Assembly: GCA_001687465.1 (NCBI GenBank)
Contig: LVLI01000285.1
Location: 1 to 38,791, forward strand
Source of the DNA: Halocafeteria seosinensis
Lineage: Eukaryota
Length of the DNA: 38,791 bases
Direction of reading: 5' to 3'
Part shown: one piece after another, positions 7,872-20,363 of the stretch
How the letters are laid out: every line of letters starts with the position of its first letter
Numbering within the stretch: position 1 is the stretch's first letter
Notes under the pieces: generated by a model
What the model was told of the DNA's origin: nothing
The model's database searches: none
Seen by the model: only the letters and a program-made list of their open reading frames with translations
Program-made: the position numbers and the translations under genes

Positions 7872-10800
7872 ATGTCTTCCAAAGAAAAAAAGAAGGCACG
7901 AAAGAGTGCACTGGAGAAGCTCGCCTCTATTAAGCGAGGTGAAGGGTCCTTTCATGGCGACGATGATGACGATGAGAATGATGACCGTGTTTACGACGAG
8001 CTTAACGAGGATGAGTACAAGCAGGTTGTCAATTCAAGGCGAGACATGGACGATTTCGTCGTAGATGATGGTACGGCCCTTTTGTTCTCTCTTATTTCAC
8101 ATGGGCATGAACCTGGTCGGTGCGTCTGGTTCATTGCAGAAGGCCTTGGCTATGCTGATGACGGTGAGGATTTTTTCAACGGGGTTGACGAGGAAGCTGA
8201 ATATCCTGAGGAATTTGAAAACGACCAGGAGGAACAAGGTACGCTAAAAGCAATGCTTTGCCAGTCTACCATAACAGGACGGATATTTCTATTCTACTTG
8301 CAGGTCATGCGTCGAAGAAACGGAAAAAATACCGGTCTGAGGACCTTGTTGGCAATAACTCAGTCTCCAGTATGCTTCGAAAGCAACAACAGACCCAAAG
8401 AAAGGAAGTACTACGCCAACCAAAGTCATCTAAGCATAACAAGATTGAAGAAGACAATAGAAGAAGAGGTAAAGACGAATGCGTTTTGTTTGACGTGTTT
8501 GTGTACCTACACTCCAAGGACTTGCAGATACGGACTTCGATTCCATCCTTGATAATCTTGACAGCGACGAAGAAGACACGAAGCCACGAAGAAGAAAAGT
8601 GGTATCGAGTGGAGATTCCATGACTCAGTACTTAAGGCCCGCGAATCCTTTCGAGGCCCCTAAGGGTTCGCGGACCCCCAAGAACTACGGATCAAAAACG
8701 AGAACGACAGAATCGGCGAACGGTGATGTGAGTATACCAAACCGGGAAGCATCCGAAAATCAAGATGAGGAAGACGACGATGGCGACGACCTGACCAACC
8801 TAACTGACGAGGCCCCGTCAATCAAAGCAAGGAAAAAACGAGAAGAACAACAGAAACAGCAAGAAAAGTCTGAATCCGGTTCCAATTCCAGTAGAGCGCC
8901 TCAAGCTGGTGCTCATACCGTTGACGACTGGGTTCAAGAAAAGATGAACTCTGCATCTGCATCGACAGGGCAGCGGGAAGAATATGATGCGCTTCCGGAA
9001 AAACCGGCAGCTTCCGAAGCGAACGATGATGACAACAACGAGACCCTACGGATGTACTGGCTAGACATGCATGAAGACTACTCTAACCCTGGTACATTAT
9101 ACTTGTTCGGAAAGACTATCGTAAACCACGAGTACGCGCGAAGAGGAGACCCGCGAGGGTGGGCTTCGATCTGTGTCCAAGTGAACAACTTATATCGGTT
9201 CTTTTTTGTGTTGCCGCGAGAAAAGACTAGTGATGGAAAGAATGTCGCTATTATGGATGTCTATCATGAGGTAAAACAGCACTTGGACAAACTTTTGCCC
9301 AGCTCCGAAGGTACCGGGTTTAAGAGCAAACCTGTAAAACGAAAGTATGCGTTTGAGCAATTGGATGTCCCCAGAGAAGAGACAACGTATCTCAAGGTAG
9401 CATATCCAGCATGCTATCCCTCCTTACCAGGCGATCTGACAGGAAACACATTTTCAAGGATCTTCGGTACGCGAACGAGTTGCATGGAAAACTTCATCCT
9501 GAAGCGGGATCTCATGGGGCCATGTTGGATCGAAATAAGTTCTGCGAACATTTGTAACCTTGGTGTTTCCTGGTGCAAATATGAAGCGTCGGTGGAGAAT
9601 TCGAAATCGATATCTTGTCTGCAACTACCACATGAGCAAATGCCACCTACTCCCCCCCTCAACGTGGCATCCATGTCTCTGAAGACGATGGTAAATCCTG
9701 AGACGGGACATCACGAAGTGGTAATGGCTTCCATCATTAATCATTGCAGAGTGTCGGCCGAAGGCCCCAGTCAGAAGCAACAAGGTGATATTCAGTTTGT
9801 TACAGCTGTCTGTCAACCCAATCGTAATACACCGCTTCCGGTTGACTTCAAGGAAGCAGTAAGCTCACTACCTTCTAGTCTTAGGGAAAATTTGCGACAA
9901 ATGCCAAATGAACGGGCTCTTCTATCGTTCATACTTGCATGGATTGTATCTCGTGACCCTGACGTTCTAGTGGGACACAATATAAAGGGCTTTGACTTGG
10001 ATGTTTTCGTACAACGGACGCTCCATCACAAGGTACCACAATGGTCAAGAATAGGGCGCCTTCGTCGAAGTAATCCCCCAAAGTCTAGTTCAGGAGTAGG
10101 AGGTAGGGACACGTTTTATGGAACCTTAACCTCGGGACGCCTGCTTTGTGACACCTATCTTACGGCTAAGGAATTACTGAACAGTGAAACTAGCTATGCG
10201 CTCACTCCTCTTGTCAAATCACGGCTTGGTAAAGACAGGGTCAATGTTGATCCTGTGGACATCCCTCTGTATTATAACTCTGGGAAAGATACGCTATGGT
10301 TGGCAAATCATACAGAAAACGACGCCTGGTTGTCTATGGAGCTAATGTTTGGGTTGCAAGTGTTGCCTCTGACAAAACAGATAACGAACCTCGCAGGTAA
10401 TTTGTGGAGTCGAACATTGCTGGGAGCAAGAGCTGAGAGAATTGAGTACCTGTTCCTTCACGAGTTTCATCGGCGAAAATATATTGTACCCGACAAAGCA
10501 GCTTTCGGGGTAAAGCGCGGTCGAGAGGACGAAACTGGGGCAGTCGAACCTGTTTCCAAAGGAAGGGCGAAGGCGGCGTACTCAGGTGGGCTTGTCCTGG
10601 AGCCCAAGAAAGGACTATACGACAAATACATTCTCCTATTGGATTTCAACTCGCTTTACCCCTCTATTATTCAAGAGTACAACATATGCTTTACCACAGT
10701 GGACCGCACGATCGAAAAACAGGATGATGATAGTGAAACACCCGGAGTACCGCCACTCCCTCGGCAGACGTCCGATAAGTCCGAAAAGGGGGTGCTGCCT

Positions 10801-12825
10801 GCTCTGATTGAGACCTTAGTAAACCAACGACGTAGCGTCAAGAAGAGTATGAAGAGTGCGACAGGCACCGAGTACGAGCAAATGGATATACGTCAGAAAG
10901 CGTTGAAAATACTTGCGAATTCAATGTACGGTTGTCTAGGCTTCTCTCATTCGCGTTTCTTTGCCCGCTCAATTGCTGCGTTGGTTACTTCCCAAGGGCG
11001 AGAAATCCTGAGCAATACCGTGGAAGTCGCTGAAAAGAAACTAGGACTGGATGTCATATACGGTGACACTGATAGCATTATGATATATACCAACTCTACA
11101 AACTACGATGAAGTCATCAAAATGGGAAATGACGTGAAGAAGGAGATCAACCGTCTCTACCGTCTTCTCGAGATTGAAATTGACGGTGTGTATGCAATGA
11201 TGTTGCTCCTGAAGAAGAAGAAATATGCTGCGCTAGTGGCTACGCCAGATCCTGAAACTGGGAAACTTGAGTATTCGATGGAGACTAAGGGTCTGGATTT
11301 GGTTCGTCGTGATTGGTGCGTGCTGAGCAAGACTGTAGGTCAAAATATTCTCAATATCGTTCTTAGCCGTGAAGCAAAAGAGGATATTGTCAATCGGATC
11401 CACGAAGAGTTAACTGCATTAGCCTCAAAAGTGCGCAACGGTGAGATTTCGCTTTCTGAATTTGTAATCACAAAGGGTCTTAACAAGAATCCTAAGGACT
11501 ACCCTGACGCAAAGTCTCAACCCCATTTACAGGTAGCACTGCGGCTGCTGAATGAAAACAAGCCTGTAAATGTCGGTGACCATGTTCCCTACATTGTGTG
11601 CAAACAGACGTACTCTGAGTATCAGCATCGGCTGACCAACCCGGAGCAAACTAGTGAGCAGAACGCGGCGACAACGGAGACGGAGAAGGGCAATACCTCA
11701 AAGTCACAGAAAAACAAAAGCCCTGCCGAAAGAGCTTTCCATCCCGATGAGGTGGAACGTCATAGCGACATACTCGAAGTCGACTATGAATGGTATTTGG
11801 CGAACCAAATACACCCACCGATAACAAGACTGTGTGAACCTATTGAAGGGACCTCATCCGCCCAACTTGCTCTCTGCTTGGGGCTTGATCCCTCTCGTTT
11901 TAGCAATACTGGTCATGACACTACCTCCTATGATCGTCCCGAGGACTTTGTTCCCGAAAGCACCCTTGAAGACGAGGAACGATTTTCGGACGCTGAATAC
12001 TTCATAGTGGTTTGCACATCCTGTGGGAAGGTGCAACCGTTTGAAGGTGTTTCCCACCGACCATTGACGCTAAATAAGGCTCTTTCTGCTGGAAACAGAG
12101 CGAAGAATTCCGGTCTAGTTTGTGGGGCAACTGAATGTGATGGCATCGTCACTGGGGCACCTCCGGAGGCATCCGATGCGTGGTTTCAGTTGGCTCAGGA
12201 AACCACTGTAAAAGATCCGTTGGATGTAGATCTTTATTTGTCTACCTCGTGTCTTAGCTCCCTCGTAACGAACACGACATCTGAAGAGCATTTGCGGTAC
12301 TGTGTTTCAGTCTTGGGCAATCGTTTGCGAATGGTAATCCGAAGCCATATTCAAGCTCATATGCGTGGGTGGCTTATCTGCGATGAGTATACATGTCAAT
12401 TACGCACACGGAATCAATCGGTGTTCCAGCAAGGGACCATGTGCCCCCGCGATAGTTGCGCAGGCCACTTGACGTATGAGTACCCATGCAAGAAGCTGCA
12501 TAACCAATTGGAGTACTTCCATACGCTCTTCGACGTAAACAGAACGGAGCAACTAGCCAGCAAGAAACCTGACAAGTATTCACCACCTAGTCTGTCAAAC
12601 AATGAAAGACATCGTTTTGACGAGGTTCTCACGCAAGTGAAGGATATCCTAAACGTGAGTGCCTACCATATGGTGGATTCTAATGAAGTATTTGGCTACA
12701 TGAAGAAACTGACCAATAAGCGAAGACCGATTCAGGCTCACATTCAAACCAGTGCTGGTGCTCCCGAATCCAATTCAACCGAAGGCGGTGGTATTGGCCC
12801 ATTGCAAGCAATGAGCATAGACTGA
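7872..12825 (+). CDS. POLA1: DNA polymerase alpha catalytic subunit (introns 8071-8139, 8239-8303, 8469-8527)
   Basis: N-terminal DDFVVDD-EGLGYADDGE motif; PolB motifs LLDFNSLYPSIIQEYNICFTT, QKALKILANSMYGCLG, YGDTDS, KKKKYAA, KGLDLVRRDW; C-terminal CysA/CysB sites (CTSC...C..TEC; WLICDEYTC...CPRDSC). Intron phases checked and restore the frame. Confidence 0.97.
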
Positions 12826-13097
12826 TCTTCAAAGAGATTTTGTCCTGTCCTGAAAAATAAATCCAACGTTTCCTATTCGGACAATCCCATCTTCTTCCTT
12901 GTAGCAATGACACGCTTCCAACTGGGTCCTTTGCGAAGTTCACAGGGAATTTATCCAGATGGTTTCTACCTTATGCTTCTTTCGACGACTCCTGTGGTTT
13001 TGACAATTCCCATCCATAGGTAGATAAACATCCACTATCAATATCTATGCACATCTTGCGGGTGAGAGAATAAAAACAAGGCTGTGAATATCTCAAG

Positions 13098-14727
13098 ATG
13101 GCGGTGGTGAACTCTGGAGGTAAGGACAGATAATGGGCTCATTGTTCATTTTCAAAGATACCCGAGGTCAATTTTCATCGCTGCAACCATGCAGGAGAGG
13201 AGGGAATCAGCCATGTGGAACGGAATTTCTTATTAGCTGCTCTGACGCAGCATCAAAGACTCGACGGACGCAGCGACACAGAGTATCGAGACGTATGTAG
13301 TCCTTGCAGTGGTTATAGAGTGGGTAGACTGTATTTTTGGTGGTGGTGATTGGAAATGGGATAAGCAGATCAATATGTCATTCACTCGGTTCGCGAATAA
13401 AGCCACAGCTGATGTCACCTTTGGAGACAGTACTCGGTAAGTGGTGGAATTCAAGGTGTCAGCTTGCGTATCTCCACATTAAGCGTCGATGATTTTACAG
13501 AGCGTATGCTGTAGTGACGTGCGATGTGGTGCCACCATACCCCGATCGACCTATGGAAGGATTTCTCAGATTCAATGTCGAGTTGTCCTCGATGGCTTCT
13601 CCTGCTTTCACAGTATGGCCTTTAAATTTGATGTCAGAAGAAAACCATTTAGTACTAGCTTTCCGATGCTGATTATGCAGAGTGGAAAGGCTTCAGGGGA
13701 ATCCATTGAGATTTCCAGGATAGTAGAACGAGTTATCAAAGATAGCAGGGCCATTGATACAGAAGCATTGTGCATTGTGTCTGGAGAAAAAGTATGGTCC
13801 CTGCGCTGCGACATACATATCCTTGACCACGGCGGAAACCTTATAGATGTAGCATGCCTCTCCGCCATGGCTGCACTTTTACATTTTCGACGACCGGACA
13901 TCAGCGTCCAGGGAGACAAGGTAAAAGTAAGGTTTTATTCGTTTGGTGCCTACTCTCGATGCCATGATGTGTTCATTGTTCTCTCTTGACAGATCCACTC
14001 CTACGAAGAGCGGGCACCGGTTCCCTTGAGTATCCACCATATTCCCGTGTGTGTGACTTATGGTATATTCTCCAGTGCCGCAATCCAAGAAGCTGCGAAC
14101 AGACAAGGGGACGCGATTGCTAAGGACATCCCGGACGACGTTATTCAGATGCTGGAGGGTGAACAGGATTTTCTCGTCATAGACCCATCTTACAGGGAAG
14201 AGTACGCAATGGAGGGGAGGATAACGTTCGCTTTAAATGCCCACGGGGAGTTGTGTGGAATTCATAAACTCGGTGGTGCGGCTCTGACAAGAGAGAATAC
14301 TATACAAACTGCAAAACATGCATCCCACATAGCGACTAACTTGGTTGATACACTCAACACAACACTTGAAAAAGCGGATCAACGAGAGAAAGAACGAGAT
14401 CGAATACGGCACGCTCTGGCAGCTGGTTATCGAAGTGAAAACAACCGCCTGACGTCACTATTGGATGAAGCTGCAGGGACGCAGAGGACCCAACCGGCTG
14501 CGACTGATAGCGCTGCCCCGGAATTTCTGCAGAGCTCTTATATTCGATTGTCGCAGAAGCAGGATTCGCTTCACGAAGACACGTCCTTGTCCCGACAACA
14601 CGGCTCGCCGGGCGAGCTCAACTACATAGAAGATGATACAGGGGAAAAAGACCGAGAAAACGTCAATGATTCCCAAGCCAACAGTGAAGAGGATGATGAA
14701 ATGCTAAATAACGAGTTCGACGTGTAA
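13098..14727 (+). CDS. EXOSC9: Exosome complex component RRP45 (about 6 exons)
   Basis: Spliced product contains ISHVERNFLLAALTQHQRLDGRS, PYPDRPMEGFLRFNVELSSMASPAF, SRAIDTEALCIVSGEKVWSLRCDIHILDHGGNLID, ALLHFRRPD, PLSIHHIPVCVT, which is the RRP45 RNase PH-like signature. Confidence 0.93.
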
Positions 14728-14741
14728 TGAACCGTGCAGTA

Positions 14742-17700
14742 CTACGGATGCGGTTTTCCTGCACGACTAGAATAATACCGCGGGGCTGCTGCGCTCCTGT
14801 ATCGTCTTCGAGCTCGCGAGAAGTCAGCTCGGCCTGGAGGTCTAGTCTCAGGCGCAGGCCTCTTATTCGTTGAGACCCCTTCTTCGAACTTAGACCAAGC
14901 CTCAGCAAGAGCCGTAAACACCTTATGCGCTTGCACTTGCGATTTGATATCAGAGGAGCGTACTTTATCCGGATGCACGATTCTCACGGCTTTCAGATAC
15001 ACCTTTTTTAAGGAACTGTGACTGTCGGCAGTTTTGGCAGAAGCGGCAATAGCTTTGGGGATATCCCATCCTGGAAGCGGCGAATTCAACGTCATGAGCA
15101 TTTCCCGGAGACTTTTGCGATTGGACCATTTCTTCACGCGAGCTTCGACCTTGCCACTGATTTTCTCTCTCTCCTCCGCATCCGCCTCGGCCTTTTGTGC
15201 TTCTCTCTTATACTCGTCCAAGCGAGCTTGTTGACGACGACGAATGTCATCTTCGTCGCTTTGCTGCCGATCATAGGAACTCTCGTTACCGGAAGACCAA
15301 CCTACTCCGGCATGCATACTACTTGTAGATTGAGGAGTCCGTGAGTCTGCAGAAGCCGAGTGCCTTTTGTGATACCACCTAGGAGGCATTTTGGTTTCAT
15401 CGGTTTCCCTATTCTGATCCGGCGCCTGTCTTTGAATGTTGTGATCTTTATGCTTACTGTTACTATCATCGTTTCTTGGGGACCTTCCCTCACTGGATGG
15501 AGCTGGCGAACCAGCCGGGCTGTTCATCTTAGTTAAACCACGTGTTGCCGCTTCTAATAGACGTTCTTGCAGGTCAGCTTTTTCGAAGCAATCATCGTAA
15601 GAAATTCCTGCCTGTGCGAGGCACTTCTTTAGTGCGGCGGTATCAAGTCCCCTAACCAAATGTTGAATATGGACTGGTGTGAGTGGTACTTCCTTTCTTC
15701 CCTCTTGTCCTGCATTCTTTTCCTGGCGAGACTCCTTTTCGTTTTTCCTTGGTGACGCTGCGTGTCTGTCAGAATGCGCAGCTGAACCATTCGTCTCGCA
15801 AGATCCCTCACTATTATCGGCGGTACTTGTACCTCGGGAAAACGAAGCTTTGTCATTGGGTGCCGTAGCACTCTTTTCTTCAAGTTTGCCCCGCAGTGTT
15901 TCCATAGTCTTATCCAACTTTTTGCAGTGTTCCTCCCACTTCCGAAGCTCCGTATCTGACTGTTGAGCGAGTTGATAATACTTATTCTCCAATTCCTGAT
16001 AGTGTTCCTTATGCTTCGACTCTCTGTAAGCAATATCTCGACGAACTGTATCTCGTAGTGTGGCGATCTTCTCTTTCCAACTTTCATTCACCTGATGACA
16101 AGCCTCGTTGACCTCGTTCGACTTCTTCGCCAGTTTATGCTTCAATTGTTTGCACTCTCGCCTAAGCGACCCCTCCACTTCGTCATTTTCGCGCTTCAGT
16201 TCCCTAATTCTACGCGAAAGCCTACCGACAATCATGAGTGGCAGTTCTTCACCGACAAGTTTACCCCAACTTAAGCGAGATGGGACGCTTATTGACGAGC
16301 GTCGAGTACCCTGGCGTCCAGTATTTCTGTACAAATCGTTCTTGGATACTGCACTTAAGAAGCTGGGCGTTGAGAATGGAACGGAGTATCGCCTTCGTGT
16401 CGACAGAGATTCATTCCCAGGCACATTCGTACGACGGTCAAACTCGAAGCGAAGAAACCTTGCAAAACTATGTTTTGAGGGCTGCGTAAGAACAGAAGAA
16501 CGAACATTTTCTCTCCCTGCACCGCATTCCCCATGGGAGTTGTTCTCATCGGTAGCCAGAGAACCAAGTTGCTCTTGCTGGCTTTGTAGCTTTGATATTA
16601 ATTCCTTCTTGTGTTGCAACTGGGGTACATCGTATAGCCATAGTACATTGTGCAGGACAATAAATAAGCATCACTATTCAATAGACGCTGCAGCGGCTAG
16701 ACGTACCTCCGAATTCAATTGCTGCACCTGGCTCCACGCTCCTTGAAGATTGCTTTCGTTCTCCTCCAACTTCCTCTTCACATTCTGAAAGTCCGCCTCT
16801 CTGAAAACAGCACATACATTCCGAAAGTTCTCTTGACAAGAAAAACATAGTATCTGAAGCTCCATGCCTTACAACTTTACGTAATCGCTCTTTGTTTGCT
16901 GAATTTTGACAGAATAATCCTTGATAGTAGAATTCTTGTTTTCTATTTGGTGCCTCAGCTCCTGTAACTCTTTCTGATGTCTTTCGTTCTCTCGTTGCAA
17001 CTGCGTTGACCAGATCCAGTCGTGCCCAGGCGTTTCGCAACAAGCATTGTATTTAACTTACTCTGTTCTGCATCTCTCTCTCGTGAGCAATGAACCTGGC
17101 TCTCCTAGAAGAAAAGTTATGTTCTGCTTCTTCCAAACGGTTCCGTGTCTGGTGGAGTTCTTGTCTGGTTTGAAGCAACTCATTCCGTAGTGTAGCTGTA
17201 TCGTCGGGATTTTCTTCTCTCCGTTCACTTTGTCCACTACGAGTCCGTACATATCTTTGAATTTGTCTTTCTATGTTTTTCATTTGTGCTGCATGTCGGC
17301 TTGGGTTCCCCGAATGTGGAGAAGGCGGCCCCGAGCCACCACCGGTTGGTATCAGCGTACTAGCCCCCTCCAGTTCCGTTTCTCCTTTGCCCTTACTTTT
17401 GCCTGGTCCTTCTCTTCGGCCAGCATATCCACGTTGTTGATCAGGTGTTGATGGAGCTGATTCGCTTCCTCCATAGTTTGTACTTCTTTTGCTAGCTTCC
17501 TGTCGTCCTGACCTATTCACATACCGGACTTTCAAGTTCTTGAAATCCTCCGGTTGATCAGATTCTTCCTCAGACTGTACAACCTGCTCCTGGCCTTCCG
17601 CATTGTCTTCCTGTCCGCCTTCATCTTCATGTTGCATGCTGCCCGGCAAAACCGAAAGGGATGGTAGTGAACGCAGGGGGCTATTTTTTGAGCTACGCTG

Positions 17701-17985
17701 ATCCTGTGTTATTGCCGTGGAAGTCCCGCTGCTGGCACTACTCACTGTGCTCTCATTAGGGTCTACTATATTGTCCACAGACGTCTGGTTCCGGCTACTT
17801 GCGTGTCTGTTGCTCCGGTCCTGCTGTGGTTGAAGTTTCATTCTGGGGTCTTGACGTTTAGGAGGCGGTGGACGAGGAGCGCTCTCCTCGTTGCTACTAT
17901 CACTGTCATCGGAGTCCATCCTTGGAGGTGGCGGGGGTGGCTCCATTGAAAGCAATTGGTTAATCTGAGGGGACGACGAACTCAT
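14742..17985 (-). CDS. Coiled-coil protein with SAP/ARMET-C-like motif and C-terminal auxilin-type J domain (spliced; internal exons uncertain)
   Basis: Three same-strand ORF pieces (17053-17985, ~16674-17043, 14742-16619) with GT-AG candidates between them. C-terminus KKWSNRKSLREMLMTL...LKKVYLKAVRIVHPDK...VFTALAEAWSKF is an auxilin/Swa2-like J domain with HPD. LKKCLAQAGISYDDCFEKADLQERL resembles the SAP-like motif. The N-terminus is Pro/Ser-rich. Confidence 0.78.
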
Positions 17986-18471
17986 CTCTCAAGTCAACTT
18001 GAGTCGTGTGCGAGGAAAGGACGACGAACGACGCTACTACCGCTGCCAGCCCCCGAAGTTCCGTTAGCCCCACGACAAGAATCAACATGTATCAGAAATA
18101 ACAGTTGACAACGAAAGGTAACTGTTGTATCAAGGCACATCAACAGACATTGTCTCAATTTGTCCGTCCCACGAATGTGTGCGTCGGAATGCTGCGGAAT
18201 CCCACCAGGTTGAGTCGATCGTCTACAATGGCGACCTCTGGAGTGAGGACATCGTAGTGAGCATAGAAAATACATTTTAGAAGCTGCAGAGCCGAAGTGG
18301 AGAAGTATGAGCATAAGTGGAACAGTTTTTGGGCAGCGGTTTGGAACTGTAGCCAGTATGTACCGACATGAAGAGAGCCGAGCTAAACTACAAATTATGG
18401 TATTCGTGAAATGAAAACGTTAATCACTGAGTTCACTGTATATTCATCCCGTTCAAAGTGTAAGACTGGAT

Positions 18472-19778
18472 TCACTTGTTGGTGTCCTCTCCCGAGTCCC
18501 CCGAAAGATACTTGTAGACGGAACCAAAATCCTTCTTACCATACCCAGCGTTATTCATTATATTGTACATATTGTATGCCGCTCCACCCAAAGGAAGAGG
18601 GGCATTAACGCTCTTTGCAGCATCTCCGGCCAGTCCGAGGTCTTTTTGCATTAGCGCAGTACCAAACCCTCCTGCACACTCGCATCTGAACCGGTGGATG
18701 CGTTTAATTTCGGAGGTATTGAAGAAGTTCTACGCACCTTCGTAATTTCGAGCGCTGGGTACACCTTCCATTACTCCAGGTACAGGGTTGTAACTGTCAG
18801 AAGCCCAGCATCGTCCGGAAGATCTGTGCAAGGGGTAACATAAAGGAGATCGCACCAGAGCCAACTATATGATACGAGCAGCTATGCATCTACTTACACA
18901 TTGATTATTCCCGACAAAACCTTAGGATCGGCGCCTAAACGCTTTCCGAGATTCATAGCTTCGCTGACCCCCATCATCGATATTCCTAGGATGAGGTTAT
19001 TGCATAGTTTAGCGATCTGGCCGGTACCGGCTGCCCCGCAATGGAAGTAATTCTTCCCCATGGCACTCAGATACGTCTTTGCCTCCTCATAATCTTCCGC
19101 AGAGCCACCAACCATAAATGTCAGAGTAGCCTGCTCAGCTCCACGTACTCCTCCAGATACTGGTGCATCCACCATTCTAAATTTCTTTTCTGCTGCAATG
19201 GCAGCAATGTCAGTTGTTGCGTTGGGATCTATGGTGCTGCAGTCTATAAACAGACTACCAGGTGTAGCAGCCTCGAAAATGTGATTTTGATACAAATCGC
19301 GAACATGAGGAGAAGAAGGAAGCATCGAGATGATGTGCGATGTTTCCTTAGTCACTTCTTCCGCCGAAGTTGCCCCCTCTGCGCCCTTTTCCTCGAGACG
19401 TTTGACGGCATCCGAGACAACTGTAGAACAAGGACCGTGGAAGAACTATTCGACATGCCCCTTTCAGGAAGACAAAAGCTGAGGGATCCCGTACCGTCAT
19501 ACACAACAAGCTGATGTCCAGCATTCATCAAGTTCTGCGCCATGAAGGACCCCATATTGCCCAGCCCAATGAAGCCGACCTGCACTGTGCGTATCTTTGT
19601 CCTCAAGCAGCTCTTCAAAACAGTTAATAACTCTACAGTTGCGCACCTTATTCTTGCTAGCTGCTGCAGAGGACATCTGACGTAAAACAGCATGACCTTG
19701 TGAAAGCTTAGCGCCCAAACCATTCCCACATCTCCTAGGGGCGATGCTGAAGAAGGCGGCCTTGGTAACGTGGAACAT
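18472..19778 (-). CDS. HIBADH: 3-hydroxyisobutyrate dehydrogenase, mitochondrial (spliced)
   Basis: Presequence-like [16 protein letters not shown]..., then [80 protein letters not shown]. Confidence 0.95.
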
Positions 19779-20363
19779 TTCTGAATTGCACAAGTTCGTA
19801 CTAACTCAAGGTCTCTCGATATGACGCAAAGGAGAAGAATAAGCTTTCCTAATAGACCGAAAGCTGCTGCCTCGAAACAAACCTAGAACTTTGCTTACTT
19901 CAGTGATACTTGTAGATTTTAGTCCGAATTTGCAGACTTGTGAACATCGCAAGGACACAGCGGTGGGCTATCTGTCACATATGTGTGTGTGTTTCGCAGC
20001 TTCGTACAGAATTACCAACTTGCATGACTAAGTAGTATAGATGGCATTGAATACAAGAAGTCTATGGGCGCCACATACTAAGTGAGAGAGAAACTCGCTT
20101 GGCCATCTAGAGGTTGGGGTTTCAATTGTACAATCAATGGCCATAAAAACTACAATTGTATGAAAAAATAAATGGCGTTTCATACCCAGCTTGTAACCCG
20201 CTAAGACTGTGTACGACTCCTTTCTCCCCTCTACGATATGTCGTGTGTACGCGAGCAACCTTTTTGAGAGCGGATACACTGCAGGTACTTGTGTACGTTC
20301 GTACTCCGGTAAATAAACTCCTTCGTCATTCCAAGAAAACTTGTCCCGATCCTCTGTGAACGG

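Noticed and set aside
8071..8139. POLA1 intron 1 is 69 bp with no in-frame stop and could be coding
   Set aside because: Removing it restores the conserved DDFVVDD-xGLGY motif and the GT-AG signals are canonical, so it is treated as an ordinary intron.
7872..12825. Family B polymerase as a viral or Polinton/giant-virus gene, or an intein carrier
   Set aside because: It has the Pol alpha N-terminal motif, C-terminal Cys clusters and spliceosomal introns, sits among housekeeping genes, and shows no intein motifs.
16108..16746. 212-aa plus-strand ORF and other antisense ORFs in the track (e.g. 15018-15344, 19041-19514, 24822-25190)
   Set aside because: They are shadows of real genes on the opposite strand and have no recognisable motifs.
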